64,000 bases of DNA from assembly GCA_029268695.1 (NCBI GenBank), contig JAQWNJ010000019.1:7199-71198 (forward strand), in the 5' to 3' direction. This DNA is from Bacteroidia bacterium (lineage in GTDB: Bacteria; Bacteroidota; Bacteroidia; NS11-12g; UBA9320). Below are positions 29,460 through 40,070 of the stretch, piece by piece. Position numbers and translations under genes: made by a program. Numbering within the stretch: the stretch's first letter is position 1; every line of letters begins with the position of its first letter. The notes under the pieces are model-generated. The model ran no database searches and was not told the origin of the DNA. It saw only the letters and a list, made by a program, of their open reading frames with translations.

Positions 29460-32347
29460 TACCGATTAATAATGATCGTTTGGTGAAAGACTTGATTTGG
29501 ATATGTGAGTATGAGCTTATATGTGCCTGGAATTAACTCCGAAACATCTAATATGTTTTTGGAACCATCAATTGAAGTTTTTATAACTTCTTGTCCAAAA
29601 ATATTTGACAATATAAGATTACCCTGATCTTTTATGTTTTCTGAAATAATGACAATAATGTTATTTGCAGGAACTGGAAATATTGAAATTTGATTCTGTT
29701 CAATCGTTTGACTACCTGCAGAACTAGTAATCCTCATTTCTGCATACCCAGAACAGCCATTCGAATCAATCACTGTAACACTATATTTATTTTTAGCAAC
29801 AACCTCAATACTCTCAGTAGTTTCGCCTGTACTCCATAGATAAGAATTATAACCTGAACCAGGTGTTAATGTTAATGGATCACTAGTTCTTAAAGCTGTA
29901 TCATTTCCTAGAGAAATAATTGGACTTTCATATTTACTTATTGATATACTATCTATATATGAACAATCATCCTCATTTGTAACTTCCAAATAATAAAGAC
30001 CGGGCCCTTTTATATTCATCATTTCAGCTGAACTACCATTGTACCATAAATAATCTTTCATATTAACTGGTCCTATTAGTTGATAATCCACAACATCGCA
30101 AAAACCAGTATCTGCACCAAAACTAAATTTAGGTGTCTCAAAATATTGGATTTTAACTGTATCAAACGCAGGGCATCCAAAGCTATTATATGCCTCCACA
30201 TATACCATTGTATCCATACTAGTTGAAAATGTATTTTTAGATGAACTTATACCGTTCCATTTGTAACCCGTAAAAAATGATGGACCAAAAAACTCTATCA
30301 TTAACCCTTCACAAAAAGCAGTATCTTGTCCTATATCAATTTTAGAAGACGGATTAGTGAGGATTTGAATGCTATCTGAATAAACACAACCAAAACTATC
30401 AACAACGGTTAAAGTATGAATCTTAGACTGTTTGGTAGCATAAGTTTGATTAGCAGATGTGATATTATTCCAAGTATAGGACTGCATATTTGATGGTCCA
30501 GTAAATGTGACATTTAGGTTCTCACAAATTGTTGTATCATTTCCTAATGTAAATACTGGTAGCGATTTTTGCTCAACATAAAGGGTATCATAATACTTAC
30601 AAATATTATTGTCAATCATTAACAAATTAAGCGTATCTGCGTTAGAAAGGGTGACAGAATTGGTATTAATCTTTACTCCGTTTTGATTCTCCCATTCATA
30701 TAACAGCATGTCTTTCATTCCATTTACAGTTACAGATGATCCATCACAAAAGAACGTATCAGATAAAAATTTCTGTGACCTTCGTGGGTTTACTTTTACA
30801 GAAATTATTGCTGAATCCGACTTGCACAAACCGTCAGCAGAAGATACAACAAGCTTATATTCAGTGTCACCTATTGGAGAAACTCTTGGATTGGCTATAC
30901 TGCTCGAAAACGATGAGCCTGTTGTTGATGTCCAGGAATATTTATAACCACTAATTGATGACCTACCGATATTAACTGAACTGCCTGAACAAATACTCAG
31001 TGTATCCCCTATAACTCTTGCTTCTAGACTACAACAAATAACCGAATCGCTTGAATTGAATTTATTTTTAGTAAATGAAACACTTGCATTCGTATTCAAT
31101 GATGTAATCTGTGAAAAACTATTCTTGCTTAGACTCATGCTACCCATTAGTCGAACAAATTCAACATCTGTAGCACATTGAATGTTAAAGGATTTAGGGA
31201 TTTTAGTAATATATAAATCCTCCGAGGAGGTATTCCCTAGTGAAGTCCCCGATGTAAATAATGAAAAACCTTGGGCAGATGACCCCATTATAGAAACTCC
31301 TGACTGACCATCAAGATCCATCCCACCAAGCTTTTGACCTGGAGAAATATTACCTAAAGAAGTTAGATTACATACAATAGCATCGCTAGAAAATGGAGTG
31401 GTTGCTGAAATTGCTATAACAATAGAATTATTTTCTCCGAGTTTTAAATCTCTTAACTGATCAATCAGATTTGTACCCAATAGCTCATTACTAATTACAT
31501 CAAAATTTGTATCTAACTTACATATTAAGATTTCTTCATCATTTCCACCATTAAGTTTAATATCGCCTGCAACATAAAATTTATTATCTTGAGATCTGAT
31601 TATTTTAGTTGCAAACTCTGAATCACTAGTTCCAATATTTTTGGATAGTAAGACACCTCCGGCAGAAGAAATTGCTAAAAGCTGAAAATCACTATCTCCC
31701 TTTGAACCTATGTTTACAGAGTCGTTTTCTGTATTGCCAGCAATAATGATTCTTCCACGATTATCTTCTAACAATGAATATCCTCTATCATTCCCTTTAC
31801 CCCCAAACGAACGTGTCCATGATACATTTCCATTGCTTGTCAGTTTGCATATGAGTATGTTATCGTCCAAAGAATCAGTTTTTACATAACCACAGGCATA
31901 ATAATCCCCAGATATCGATTGAATTACATCAAAAAGCTGTTCAGAACTATCTGTTTTAAACGTCCTCGACCATTGAAGTGTGCCACTTGAACTTATCTTA
32001 GACACAAAACCATCTTCATTATTTAAACTCCCTTCAGTATATCCACAAATAATAATCCCGCCATCACTTGTTGGGCTCATACTTGTTGCACTGTCTTGAT
32101 ATGGTTTACCATAAGTATATGACCAAATCACACCACCTAAACCATCCGTTTTAGATACCCCAAAATCCTTACTACCCTGACCTGAACTATTGGTATTATA
32201 TAGCAAAAAATAATCGCCCGATGATGATTGAAATGAGGCCTGTGCTTGATCTGACGAATCATTTAGAATCAGTTTCACAAAACTTGTATTCTGTGAATAA
32301 GCCTGAATTGAAAAAATAAGTCCTATTAATGATAAAAATATTTTCAT
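29459..32347 (-). CDS. T9SS type A-sorted surface protein: N-terminal beta-propeller plus about six Ig-like stalk repeats
   Basis: Signal peptide ending AYS-Q; repeated K.D/S..G...WS.T/S.G blades; repeats LG.DT..C...(Y.W)...(Y.V.V....GC); CTD IFPVPAN...PGTYKL. Confidence 0.85.
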   Translation of the reverse strand: MKIFLSLIGLIFSIQAYSQNTSFVKLILNDSSDQAQASFQSSSGDYFLLYNTNSSGQGSKDFGVSKTDGLGGVIWSYTYGKPYQDSATSMSPTSDGGIIICGYTEGSLNNEDGFVSKISSSGTLQWSRTFKTDSSEQLFDVIQSISGDYYACGYVKTDSLDDNILICKLTSNGNVSWTRSFGGKGNDRGYSLLEDNRGRIIIAGNTENDSVNIGSKGDSDFQLLAISSAGGVLLSKNIGTSDSEFATKIIRSQDNKFYVAGDIKLNGGNDEEILICKLDTNFDVISNELLGTNLIDQLRDLKLGENNSIVIAISATTPFSSDAIVCNLTSLGNISPGQKLGGMDLDGQSGVSIMGSSAQGFSLFTSGTSLGNTSSEDLYITKIPKSFNIQCATDVEFVRLMGSMSLSKNSFSQITSLNTNASVSFTKNKFNSSDSVICCSLEARVIGDTLSICSGSSVNIGRSSISGYKYSWTSTTGSSFSSSIANPRVSPIGDTEYKLVVSSADGLCKSDSAIISVKVNPRRSQKFLSDTFFCDGSSVTVNGMKDMLLYEWENQNGVKINTNSVTLSNADTLNLLMIDNNICKYYDTLYVEQKSLPVFTLGNDTTICENLNVTFTGPSNMQSYTWNNITSANQTYATKQSKIHTLTVVDSFGCVYSDSIQILTNPSSKIDIGQDTAFCEGLMIEFFGPSFFTGYKWNGISSSKNTFSTSMDTMVYVEAYNSFGCPAFDTVKIQYFETPKFSFGADTGFCDVVDYQLIGPVNMKDYLWYNGSSAEMMNIKGPGLYYLEVTNEDDCSYIDSISISKYESPIISLGNDTALRTSDPLTLTPGSGYNSYLWSTGETTESIEVVAKNKYSVTVIDSNGCSGYAEMRITSSAGSQTIEQNQISIFPVPANNIIVIISENIKDQGNLILSNIFGQEVIKTSIDGSKNILDVSELIPGTYKLILTYPNQVFHQTIIINR

Positions 32348-32389
32348 ACGAAATAGCAATGTTCTTTAGCTTTCGCAATGTAGAAATTT

Positions 32390-32959
32390 TCATTTATTTA
32401 AATGCCATCTTTTAGCAACTTTTAGGGAATAGTTTACAAATGATGAAAGCCCTTTATTAAAATGCTCGTTGTCCAACAAAAATCCATCACTATCAATACA
32501 CTTGGTCACCTCTTGTACCTCAAAAGAATATGATGAAGTCATACTCTCAAGATTAAAAAATCCAATTATTTTATTGAATACTGTGACAAGTTGAACTGCT
32601 GGCATTCTTCCACCTCTTCCTGCACTAACTCCAACTGTGGCAATTACTTTGTGGTTGAAAATATGAATATAATCCTCTTGAGCTAATTGATGAATAGTAT
32701 TAATAATCTCAGCTGTTGGAAACCAGTTATATTCAGGTGTAACTACACATAATAAATCTGATTTTTTAATTGAATCAATCAACTTTGTTTGAAATGCTGA
32801 TTGATTATCTTTTGCAATACTTGCTTGATTAAAGTTTGGCAAATCATATTCTTGAAAGTCAACAATTACCGAATCACTAAACTGATTCGAAAGTGCTTTA
32901 GATACACGAAGTGTATTGTTGTTTTTTCTAGCTGAACCTGATAAAACACAAACCCTCAT
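32390..32959 (-). CDS. NADPH-dependent FMN reductase
   Basis: LSGSAR, VTPEYN, GVSAGRGG. Confidence 0.85.
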   Translation of the reverse strand: MRVCVLSGSARKNNNTLRVSKALSNQFSDSVIVDFQEYDLPNFNQASIAKDNQSAFQTKLIDSIKKSDLLCVVTPEYNWFPTAEIINTIHQLAQEDYIHIFNHKVIATVGVSAGRGGRMPAVQLVTVFNKIIGFFNLESMTSSYSFEVQEVTKCIDSDGFLLDNEHFNKGLSSFVNYSLKVAKRWHLNK

Positions 32960-33489
32960 AACTTTTTCTTAACCACAGTTGCTATACTTTTGACCGTTTT
33001 ATAGTTTCTTGCAAAATCAATAAACCACCATTTAAAACTAGGGGTACTTTTTATAGTAAACACATTCTCTTTTTTTGAAACTTCAATCTTATCTGCCTTC
33101 AAAAAATACACCTTTTTTAAAGCTGATATTTGACTATCAAGTAGTTTCACCTCTTTATACTTGGAATTGTTTATTAACCAATCTTCTAATTGCTCTAATG
33201 TAAAATCACTTTTAACTTGAACCTCTTGATGAGATTTTAAGTAATTCTGATCTGGGACTCCCTCTGCTTCTTCAAAACTTAACGTATGATAAAGAGATAT
33301 CAAAAAACCAAATGCAAACGACGTAAAAAAAGCAACATTTAAATTACTCTGAATAAACGTAAAACCATATTTCCAACCTTCTTCTTTCATGAATATAATA
33401 GCAATGGATGTAGGCAATATCAACACCCATATCCTTAGTAAGTATGAAAAAGAAATTATTATCTTAAAGAATAACTTTTGAATATTCAT
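32956..33489 (-). CDS. Hypothetical membrane protein (two N-terminal TM helices)
   Basis: 177-aa ORF coupled to both neighbours by ATGA overlaps; hydrophobic N-terminal half. Confidence 0.65.
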   Translation of the reverse strand: MNIQKLFFKIIISFSYLLRIWVLILPTSIAIIFMKEEGWKYGFTFIQSNLNVAFFTSFAFGFLISLYHTLSFEEAEGVPDQNYLKSHQEVQVKSDFTLEQLEDWLINNSKYKEVKLLDSQISALKKVYFLKADKIEVSKKENVFTIKSTPSFKWWFIDFARNYKTVKSIATVVKKKL

Positions 33490-34337
33490 TGATTTAACTG
33501 ATTAAGTATGGCATAAGCTAAAGTCACATTATTAGAATTCAATAAGTTTTTAGCATTTTCAAGGGTGCGACCTCCTGAATAGTTGGAGAGTAGTTCCCTT
33601 TGCTCATTTGTACTAGGTATCCTTTGCATACTGCCAATTTTTCCAAGATCATTACCAGTCAAATCTTTACTCAAGCGAATATTATCCGGTAAAGCATCAA
33701 CCCCAATTCCAACAGTTGCTATTGGTTTGTCAACTTCAAACATTGAGTTTTTATCTGATCTACAATACCAGTTACCCCCCATTCTACTGACTAAATCTAT
33801 CTTTTGTTGATCAACCAAGCCATCTTGGTCAAGAACAAACTCATTTATGTGTATCTTACTGACTTCGCAAAAAATCAAATTCCCCGCACCTCCGTTGGAC
33901 CCCAGTTCTCTTATATCTTTTACCTTGCACTCAAATTGAACAGGCGATTCTAAGACTCTAAATGGTAAAATTGTTTCAGATTCAACCGGTGTAAAACCTG
34001 TCTTAACAAATTCATCTGTATCCTTATCAAATGGTGAACTTGCCAAACTCATTTGCTGAACCATTGCATATGTAACCACGTTAATCACAACCTCAGGAAC
34101 TTCTTTTACATTGAAATAAGTGTCTTTATTCGTATTCGTTCTTCCACTTCGTGCTGGGGAAAATATGAGTATGGGCGGATTAGCACTAAATACATTAAAA
34201 AAACTAAATGGTGCTAAATTTCTATTGCCCTTTTTGTCAATTGTACTTGCAAAAGCAATTGGACGAGGGCCAATACTTCCTAAAAGGTATCGATGAAGTT
34301 TAGAGACAGATATTTCTTTAGGGTCAATTGATATCAT
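33486..34337 (-). CDS. Flavin reductase (DIM6/NTAB) family protein
   Basis: PRPIAFAST, NLAPFSFFN, ESPVQFEC, RMGGNWY. Confidence 0.9.
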   Translation of the reverse strand: MISIDPKEISVSKLHRYLLGSIGPRPIAFASTIDKKGNRNLAPFSFFNVFSANPPILIFSPARSGRTNTNKDTYFNVKEVPEVVINVVTYAMVQQMSLASSPFDKDTDEFVKTGFTPVESETILPFRVLESPVQFECKVKDIRELGSNGGAGNLIFCEVSKIHINEFVLDQDGLVDQQKIDLVSRMGGNWYCRSDKNSMFEVDKPIATVGIGVDALPDNIRLSKDLTGNDLGKIGSMQRIPSTNEQRELLSNYSGGRTLENAKNLLNSNNVTLAYAILNQLNQ

Positions 34338-34340
34338 AAG

Positions 34341-35621
34341 CTAACTCTTTATGAGTATAAATTTATTCTTTTTACCTCGCTGTAATAGAACGTATTTTGA
34401 ATTTATTAAATCTGCTTCTGAAAAGATAAAATCCTCCGTAACTTTTTCACCATTCACTGACACAGAATTTTCTTTTAATGCACGCTTTGCCTCACTTTTA
34501 CTTGGGAGAAACCCTGAATCTGCACACAAATCCACAATATTAACTCCTTGAACATAAGACACTTGGTATTTTTTAACACCGTTAAATATAGAAAAAAAGT
34601 CATTTTCACTTAAATTCCGTAAACTGTCAGATGTAGCTTTCCCAAACAGAATATCTGTTGCTGTTAATGCTGTTTCATATCCAGTATCTCCGTGCACCCA
34701 TTTAGTAATATATGCTGCTAAGTCTTTCTGAAGAGCCCGCAAGTGCGGAGCATTTTTATGTTCTTTAATAAGATCTTCGATATAACCCTTTGTGTGTAGA
34801 GTAAATATTTTTATGTAACGCTCAGCATCTTCATCCGAAGTGTTCATCCAGAATTGATAAAATTGGTATGTACTAGTTTTTTTTGCATCAAGCCAAACAT
34901 TTCCTCCCTCACTTTTGCCAAACTTACTCCCGTCAGATTTTGTAATCAACGGTGCCGTCAAAGAAAACCCTTTGCCATTTCCTTTTCTTCGTATGAGTTC
35001 AGTTCCTGTCACAATATTCCCCCACTGATCGCTTCCTCCCATTTGAAGTTTTACGTTTTTTTCACTCCAAAGATGGTAAAAATCAAATCCTTGAACCAAC
35101 TGGTAACTAAACTCTGTAAAGCTCATGCCATCTTCTAAGCGGTTTTTAACTGAATCCTTAGCCATCATATAGTTGACCGAAATATGCTTGCCGACATCTC
35201 TAATAAAATCTAAAAACGAAATACTCGTAAACCAATCAAAGTTATTTACTACTTCGGCACTATTTTCTCCACAATCAAAGTCTAAAAATTGTTCTAATTG
35301 CTTTTTCTGACTGTTGAGGTTGTAGTTAATTGAATCTATATCTAGAAGTTGACGCTCCGACTTTTTGCCTGACGGGTCACCAACCATTCCTGTTGCACCA
35401 CCAACAAGAGCTATTGGCTTATGCCCAGCTTTTTGAAGGTGAACTAATAGTATAATAGGTACTAAATTACCAATATGTAAAGAATCCGCTGTTGGGTCAA
35501 AACCAACATATCCGCTAGTCATTTCCTCCAAAAGGAGATCTTCTGTACCTGGTACCGCCTGATGAAATAGGCCACGCCATTTTAATTCCTGAACTAAATT
35601 ATAATTTGGTGAAAAGTCCAT
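34341..35621 (-). CDS. tyrS: Tyrosine--tRNA ligase
   Basis: GFDPTADSLHIGN, GGSDQWGN, KFGKS, C-terminal S4 domain. Confidence 0.97.
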   Translation of the reverse strand: MDFSPNYNLVQELKWRGLFHQAVPGTEDLLLEEMTSGYVGFDPTADSLHIGNLVPIILLVHLQKAGHKPIALVGGATGMVGDPSGKKSERQLLDIDSINYNLNSQKKQLEQFLDFDCGENSAEVVNNFDWFTSISFLDFIRDVGKHISVNYMMAKDSVKNRLEDGMSFTEFSYQLVQGFDFYHLWSEKNVKLQMGGSDQWGNIVTGTELIRRKGNGKGFSLTAPLITKSDGSKFGKSEGGNVWLDAKKTSTYQFYQFWMNTSDEDAERYIKIFTLHTKGYIEDLIKEHKNAPHLRALQKDLAAYITKWVHGDTGYETALTATDILFGKATSDSLRNLSENDFFSIFNGVKKYQVSYVQGVNIVDLCADSGFLPSKSEAKRALKENSVSVNGEKVTEDFIFSEADLINSKYVLLQRGKKNKFILIKS

Positions 35622-35714
35622 TTAAGATGTTTAAACAACAAAGGTAAAAATTTGATTGAGTGTTCAAGCACAATGTATAATTCAAAATTGATTTACTTTT
35701 GAGCAACTTTAATT

Positions 35715-38498
35715 ATGTCTGCTAAAAAAAAATTATTTCTACTCGATGCATATGCACTAATATTCAGGTCTTATTATGCATTTATCAAGAATCCTAGAAT
35801 AACATCCTATGGACTTAACACCAATGCAATATTTGGATTTACAACTACACTGTTAGAAGTAATAGAAAAACACAAGCCCACACATATTGCAGTATGTTTT
35901 GATCATAAATCAGAAAATATTCGGAAAAAAGAATACCCTTTATATAAAGCAAACAGAGACGAAACACCAGAAGATATCAAAAGATCTGAACCATTTATTC
36001 GGCAAATTATAGACGCTTTTAACATTCCTATCATTGAAAAAGAAGGATATGAAGCTGACGATGTAATTGTTACTATGGCTACTAAAGCCGAACAAGAAGG
36101 GTTTATAACTTACATGATGACACCAGATAAAGATTTTGGACAAGCAGTCACAGAGAATATACTCATTTTTAAACCCGCACGAGGTGGAAACGCTCCAGAA
36201 ATTATGGGACCCGAGGAAGTATGTGAAAAATTTGGACTAAATGACACAAAACAGATCATTGATTACCTAGGGATGATGGGTGATGCAGTCGACAATATAC
36301 CAGGAATTCCTGGTGTAGGTGCAAAAACAGCATCAAAATTACTATTAGAATATGGGTCGATGGAAAATCTCTATAACAATACAGATAAGATTAAAGGTAA
36401 ATTGAGAGAAAAGATAGAAAACAATAAGGATCAAGCATTTCTATCGAAGCATTTAGCAAAAATCATTACAGATGTCCCAGTCACATTTGATGAAACTGAT
36501 TTGTTAAGGTCGGATCCAAATAAAGAAGAAATCAATAAACTATTTAAAGAGTTAGAGTTTCGTACATTAACAAAAAGAGTTTTTAGTGACACGATGAGTG
36601 AGCCAAAAACTGTTCAAGGAGATTTATTTTCTAGCTCTAATCAAAATTCAGTTATACTAAAAAGCTCCACACAAAACCCTAAAATAAACACTATTGAAAC
36701 CACCGACCACGATTATCAACTTATTGATAATCAAGTAAAAAGAAATTTATTGATATCCAAATTAGAAAAAGTAGAATCTTTTTGTTTTGACACTGAAACC
36801 ACTTCCTTAAATGAATTAGATGCTCAAGTTATTGGAATCTCATTTTCTTATGAAAAAGGGAAAGCTTATTATGTAAATATGCCCGACAACTTTGATGAAA
36901 CAAAAGTGATTTTGGCTGAATTTAAAAATGTCTTTGCAAGTGAGAAGATTGAAAAAATAGCCCAGAACTTAAAGTATGACTTAAAGGTTTTGATGAAATA
37001 CGACATAAGAATAGCTGGCCCGCAATTTGACACGATGCTTGCCCATTATCTAGTTAATCCTGATGGCCGACATAACATGGATATTTTAGCAGAAAAATAC
37101 CTTAATTACAAACCTGTTTCTATCGTGAGTTTAATTGGGAAAAAAGGCAAAAACCAGTTATCATTTGCTGATGTGCCAATTGAAAAGGCTAAAGAATACG
37201 CATGTGAGGATGCTGATATCACCTTCCAATTAAAACAAAAAATTTATAACGAATTGATGGATAAGGAACTGGCACATTTGATGATTCGCCTTGAAATGCC
37301 TTTAGTGCATGTACTTTCTGATATTGAAATGGAAGGAATAAGAGTGGATAGCAAATTCTTAAGCGACTATTCAATCGAGCTGGAACGTATGTCTATTGAA
37401 ATTGAAAAATCCATCTATGCAATTTCAGGCATGAATTTCAATATAGCTAGCCCAAAGCAACTAGGTGAGGTATTATTTGATCATTTAAAAATAGATGCTA
37501 AGGCCAAAAAAACTAAAACAGGCCAATATAAAACCGATGAAGCAACGCTAGAAAAACTAGCAAGTGAAAATCAAATTGTAAGCAATATTCTAAAATTTAG
37601 AAAAATCAACAAATTACGTTCAACCTATGTGGATGCATTACCCAAATTAATTCATCAAAAAACTGGAAGAGTACACACACATTTTTCTCAAGCCGTGGCT
37701 GCTACCGGTCGGTTAAGTAGCACAAACCCCAACCTACAAAACATCCCTATAAGAACAGACTTGGGTAAAGAAATAAGGAGAGCTTTCGTACCAAGAGACA
37801 AAGACCACACATTACTTGCCGTTGATTATTCCCAAATAGAATTAAGAATTGTAGCATCTATTGCCGAGGATAAAGGAATGATCGAAGCCTTTAATAATGG
37901 CATGGATATACATACAGCAACTGCCTCAAAAGTTTTTGGGGTAAGCTTAGAAGATGTCACAAAAGAACAACGTTATAAAGCTAAAAGTGTGAACTTTGGT
38001 CTCATATATGGCCAAGGTGCTTTTGGCTTAGCACAAAATTTAAAAATTTCTCGAACAGAGGCTAAAGACTTAATAGATGCCTATTTTGAACAATTTAGTG
38101 GTGTGAAAAAATATATGGATGACACCATCAATTTCTGTAGAGAAAATGGCTTTGTTAAGACAATAATGGGTAGAAAACGATTCATCCCGGATATAAACTC
38201 TAATAATCAAACTGTTGTTGGGTTTGCAGAAAGAAACGCAATAAATGCTCCAATTCAGGGGAGTGCTGCAGATATGATAAAGCTTGCGATGATTAACATT
38301 CATAGGCGTTTGTTAACATTAGACACAAAAACTAAAATGATACTTCAAGTCCATGACGAATTATTATTTGATGTCCCAAAAGAGGATTTAGATAAAATTA
38401 AAGCAATTATTAAACATGAAATGGAGGTTGCTTTGCCTCTAAATGTTCCTGTTATTGCTGAGGCAGGAAATGGCGACAACTGGTTAGAAGCTCATTAA
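35715..38498 (+). CDS. polA: DNA polymerase I
   Basis: 5'-3' exonuclease (LLDAYAL, EADD, DNIPG); 3'-5' exonuclease (FDTET); polymerase motifs DYSQIELR, KSVNFGLIYG, QVHDEL. Confidence 0.98.
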   Translation: MSAKKKLFLLDAYALIFRSYYAFIKNPRITSYGLNTNAIFGFTTTLLEVIEKHKPTHIAVCFDHKSENIRKKEYPLYKANRDETPEDIKRSEPFIRQIIDAFNIPIIEKEGYEADDVIVTMATKAEQEGFITYMMTPDKDFGQAVTENILIFKPARGGNAPEIMGPEEVCEKFGLNDTKQIIDYLGMMGDAVDNIPGIPGVGAKTASKLLLEYGSMENLYNNTDKIKGKLREKIENNKDQAFLSKHLAKIITDVPVTFDETDLLRSDPNKEEINKLFKELEFRTLTKRVFSDTMSEPKTVQGDLFSSSNQNSVILKSSTQNPKINTIETTDHDYQLIDNQVKRNLLISKLEKVESFCFDTETTSLNELDAQVIGISFSYEKGKAYYVNMPDNFDETKVILAEFKNVFASEKIEKIAQNLKYDLKVLMKYDIRIAGPQFDTMLAHYLVNPDGRHNMDILAEKYLNYKPVSIVSLIGKKGKNQLSFADVPIEKAKEYACEDADITFQLKQKIYNELMDKELAHLMIRLEMPLVHVLSDIEMEGIRVDSKFLSDYSIELERMSIEIEKSIYAISGMNFNIASPKQLGEVLFDHLKIDAKAKKTKTGQYKTDEATLEKLASENQIVSNILKFRKINKLRSTYVDALPKLIHQKTGRVHTHFSQAVAATGRLSSTNPNLQNIPIRTDLGKEIRRAFVPRDKDHTLLAVDYSQIELRIVASIAEDKGMIEAFNNGMDIHTATASKVFGVSLEDVTKEQRYKAKSVNFGLIYGQGAFGLAQNLKISRTEAKDLIDAYFEQFSGVKKYMDDTINFCRENGFVKTIMGRKRFIPDINSNNQTVVGFAERNAINAPIQGSAADMIKLAMINIHRRLLTLDTKTKMILQVHDELLFDVPKEDLDKIKAIIKHEMEVALPLNVPVIAEAGNGDNWLEAH

Positions 38499-38518
38499 TA
38501 GCTATTTTTGCATAGATA

Positions 38519-39262
38519 ATGGGCAAGACATATTTCGCTTCTGACTTTCATTTAGGAACCCCTGATTACACCTCATCATTAGTTCGTGAAAAAAAAATTG
38601 TTCAATGGCTAGAATCCATAGAACAAGATTGCGAAAACCTCTTTCTATTAGGTGACATATTCGATTTTTGGTTTGAATATAAAACCACAGTTCCAAAGTA
38701 CTTTAATAGATTACTTGGAAAGCTTGCATCAATGACTGACTCAGGAATTTCAATCTACTTTTTCAAAGGAAACCACGATATGTGGACATTTGATTACCTG
38801 GAAAAAGAAATTGGCCTTAAAGTTATAGATGAAGAATGGATAGGTGAAATTGATGGCAAAAAATTTTACATACACCATGGAGATGCTTTGTGGAAAGAAG
38901 AAAGAGGTTACAAGATTATCCGCAAAATTTTTAGGAGTCGAATAGCTATATGGTTGTTTCGTCGTTTGCACCCAAATTTTGGAGTAGGATTCGCAAATTA
39001 TTTAAGTAGAAAAAGCAGAAAGAAAAACAGTCAACTGGATCAAGTTGAAATTCCTTTAGAAAAAGAGTATCAGATTCTATTTGCTAAGGAATACTCCAAG
39101 ACAAACTCAATCGATTTCTTTATTTTCGGACATAGACATAAACCACTTGAACATTTAATTAATCGTTCCACTAAAGTGATAAATCTTGGTGACTGGGTAA
39201 CCCACTTTACATATGCAACATTCGAAAATGATAAAGTTAAATTACATAATTATATCTCTTAG
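38519..39262 (+). CDS. lpxH: UDP-2,3-diacylglucosamine diphosphatase (LpxH-type)
   Basis: SDFHLG, LGDIFDFW, GNHD, HGD, GHRH, NLGDW. Confidence 0.88.
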   Translation: MGKTYFASDFHLGTPDYTSSLVREKKIVQWLESIEQDCENLFLLGDIFDFWFEYKTTVPKYFNRLLGKLASMTDSGISIYFFKGNHDMWTFDYLEKEIGLKVIDEEWIGEIDGKKFYIHHGDALWKEERGYKIIRKIFRSRIAIWLFRRLHPNFGVGFANYLSRKSRKKNSQLDQVEIPLEKEYQILFAKEYSKTNSIDFFIFGHRHKPLEHLINRSTKVINLGDWVTHFTYATFENDKVKLHNYIS

Positions 39263-40022
39263 TATTTTAAGTTCGCTTAAAGTAAAAGGTCAAGATACCC
39301 TTACCTTAAATAACTCAAAAAATATTTCTTATTTGAGTATCGATGCTAAAGGTAATAAGTATATTTCAGATGACTTATTGACGTTGTATAAATATGGCCC
39401 CAATAACAAATTAATAACAAATGTAAACAACAAATCATACGGAAATATTACTAGTATTGATTGCTCTAATCCATTTGAAATTTATGTGTTCTACAAAGAT
39501 CAAAATATTCTTGTATTTTTTGATAATATGCTCAACATAAGAGGTGAAGTTCGATTGAATGACTTTCAGATGAATAATGTTACTTGCGTATCAAGATCAT
39601 ACGACAACCATATTTGGCTTATTGATATGTCAGAAAATAAATTGTTGAAAATTAGCAAATCAGGAAAGAGACTAGCTGAATCTAACTATTTAAATTCAAT
39701 CACTAGAAAGCAAATTAATCCATTTAAAATATGGGAACTCAACGGACAAGTCCATGTTGCAGACTCAACACTAGGAGTCTTTACATTTGATATTTACACT
39801 ACTCTAGATAAGACTTACTATACCAAAAGTTTTTCTTCCATAACTTGTAATACTGATTATTTATATTACAATCAAAAGGGAGCAGTTGTCAAGTACAATA
39901 AAGCACTAAGAACTCCCATAAATACAACCACTTATATTCCACGTAAAGCTAAGTTAGCCATTGAAAGTGATCGTCTATATTACTATTACGACAATAAAAT
40001 AATTTCATTGAAACATCCCTAA
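39228..40022 (+). CDS. Hypothetical exported beta-propeller-like protein
   Basis: Signal peptide; YGNITSID.SNPF.I.VFYKD and DN.IW motifs; overlaps the lpxH 3' end. Confidence 0.6.
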   Translation: MIKLNYIIISLSILSSLKVKGQDTLTLNNSKNISYLSIDAKGNKYISDDLLTLYKYGPNNKLITNVNNKSYGNITSIDCSNPFEIYVFYKDQNILVFFDNMLNIRGEVRLNDFQMNNVTCVSRSYDNHIWLIDMSENKLLKISKSGKRLAESNYLNSITRKQINPFKIWELNGQVHVADSTLGVFTFDIYTTLDKTYYTKSFSSITCNTDYLYYNQKGAVVKYNKALRTPINTTTYIPRKAKLAIESDRLYYYYDNKIISLKHP

Positions 40023-40070
40023 AATAGTTTCGGTTGATTTGCCCATTCATTATAAATACATTTGCCATTC

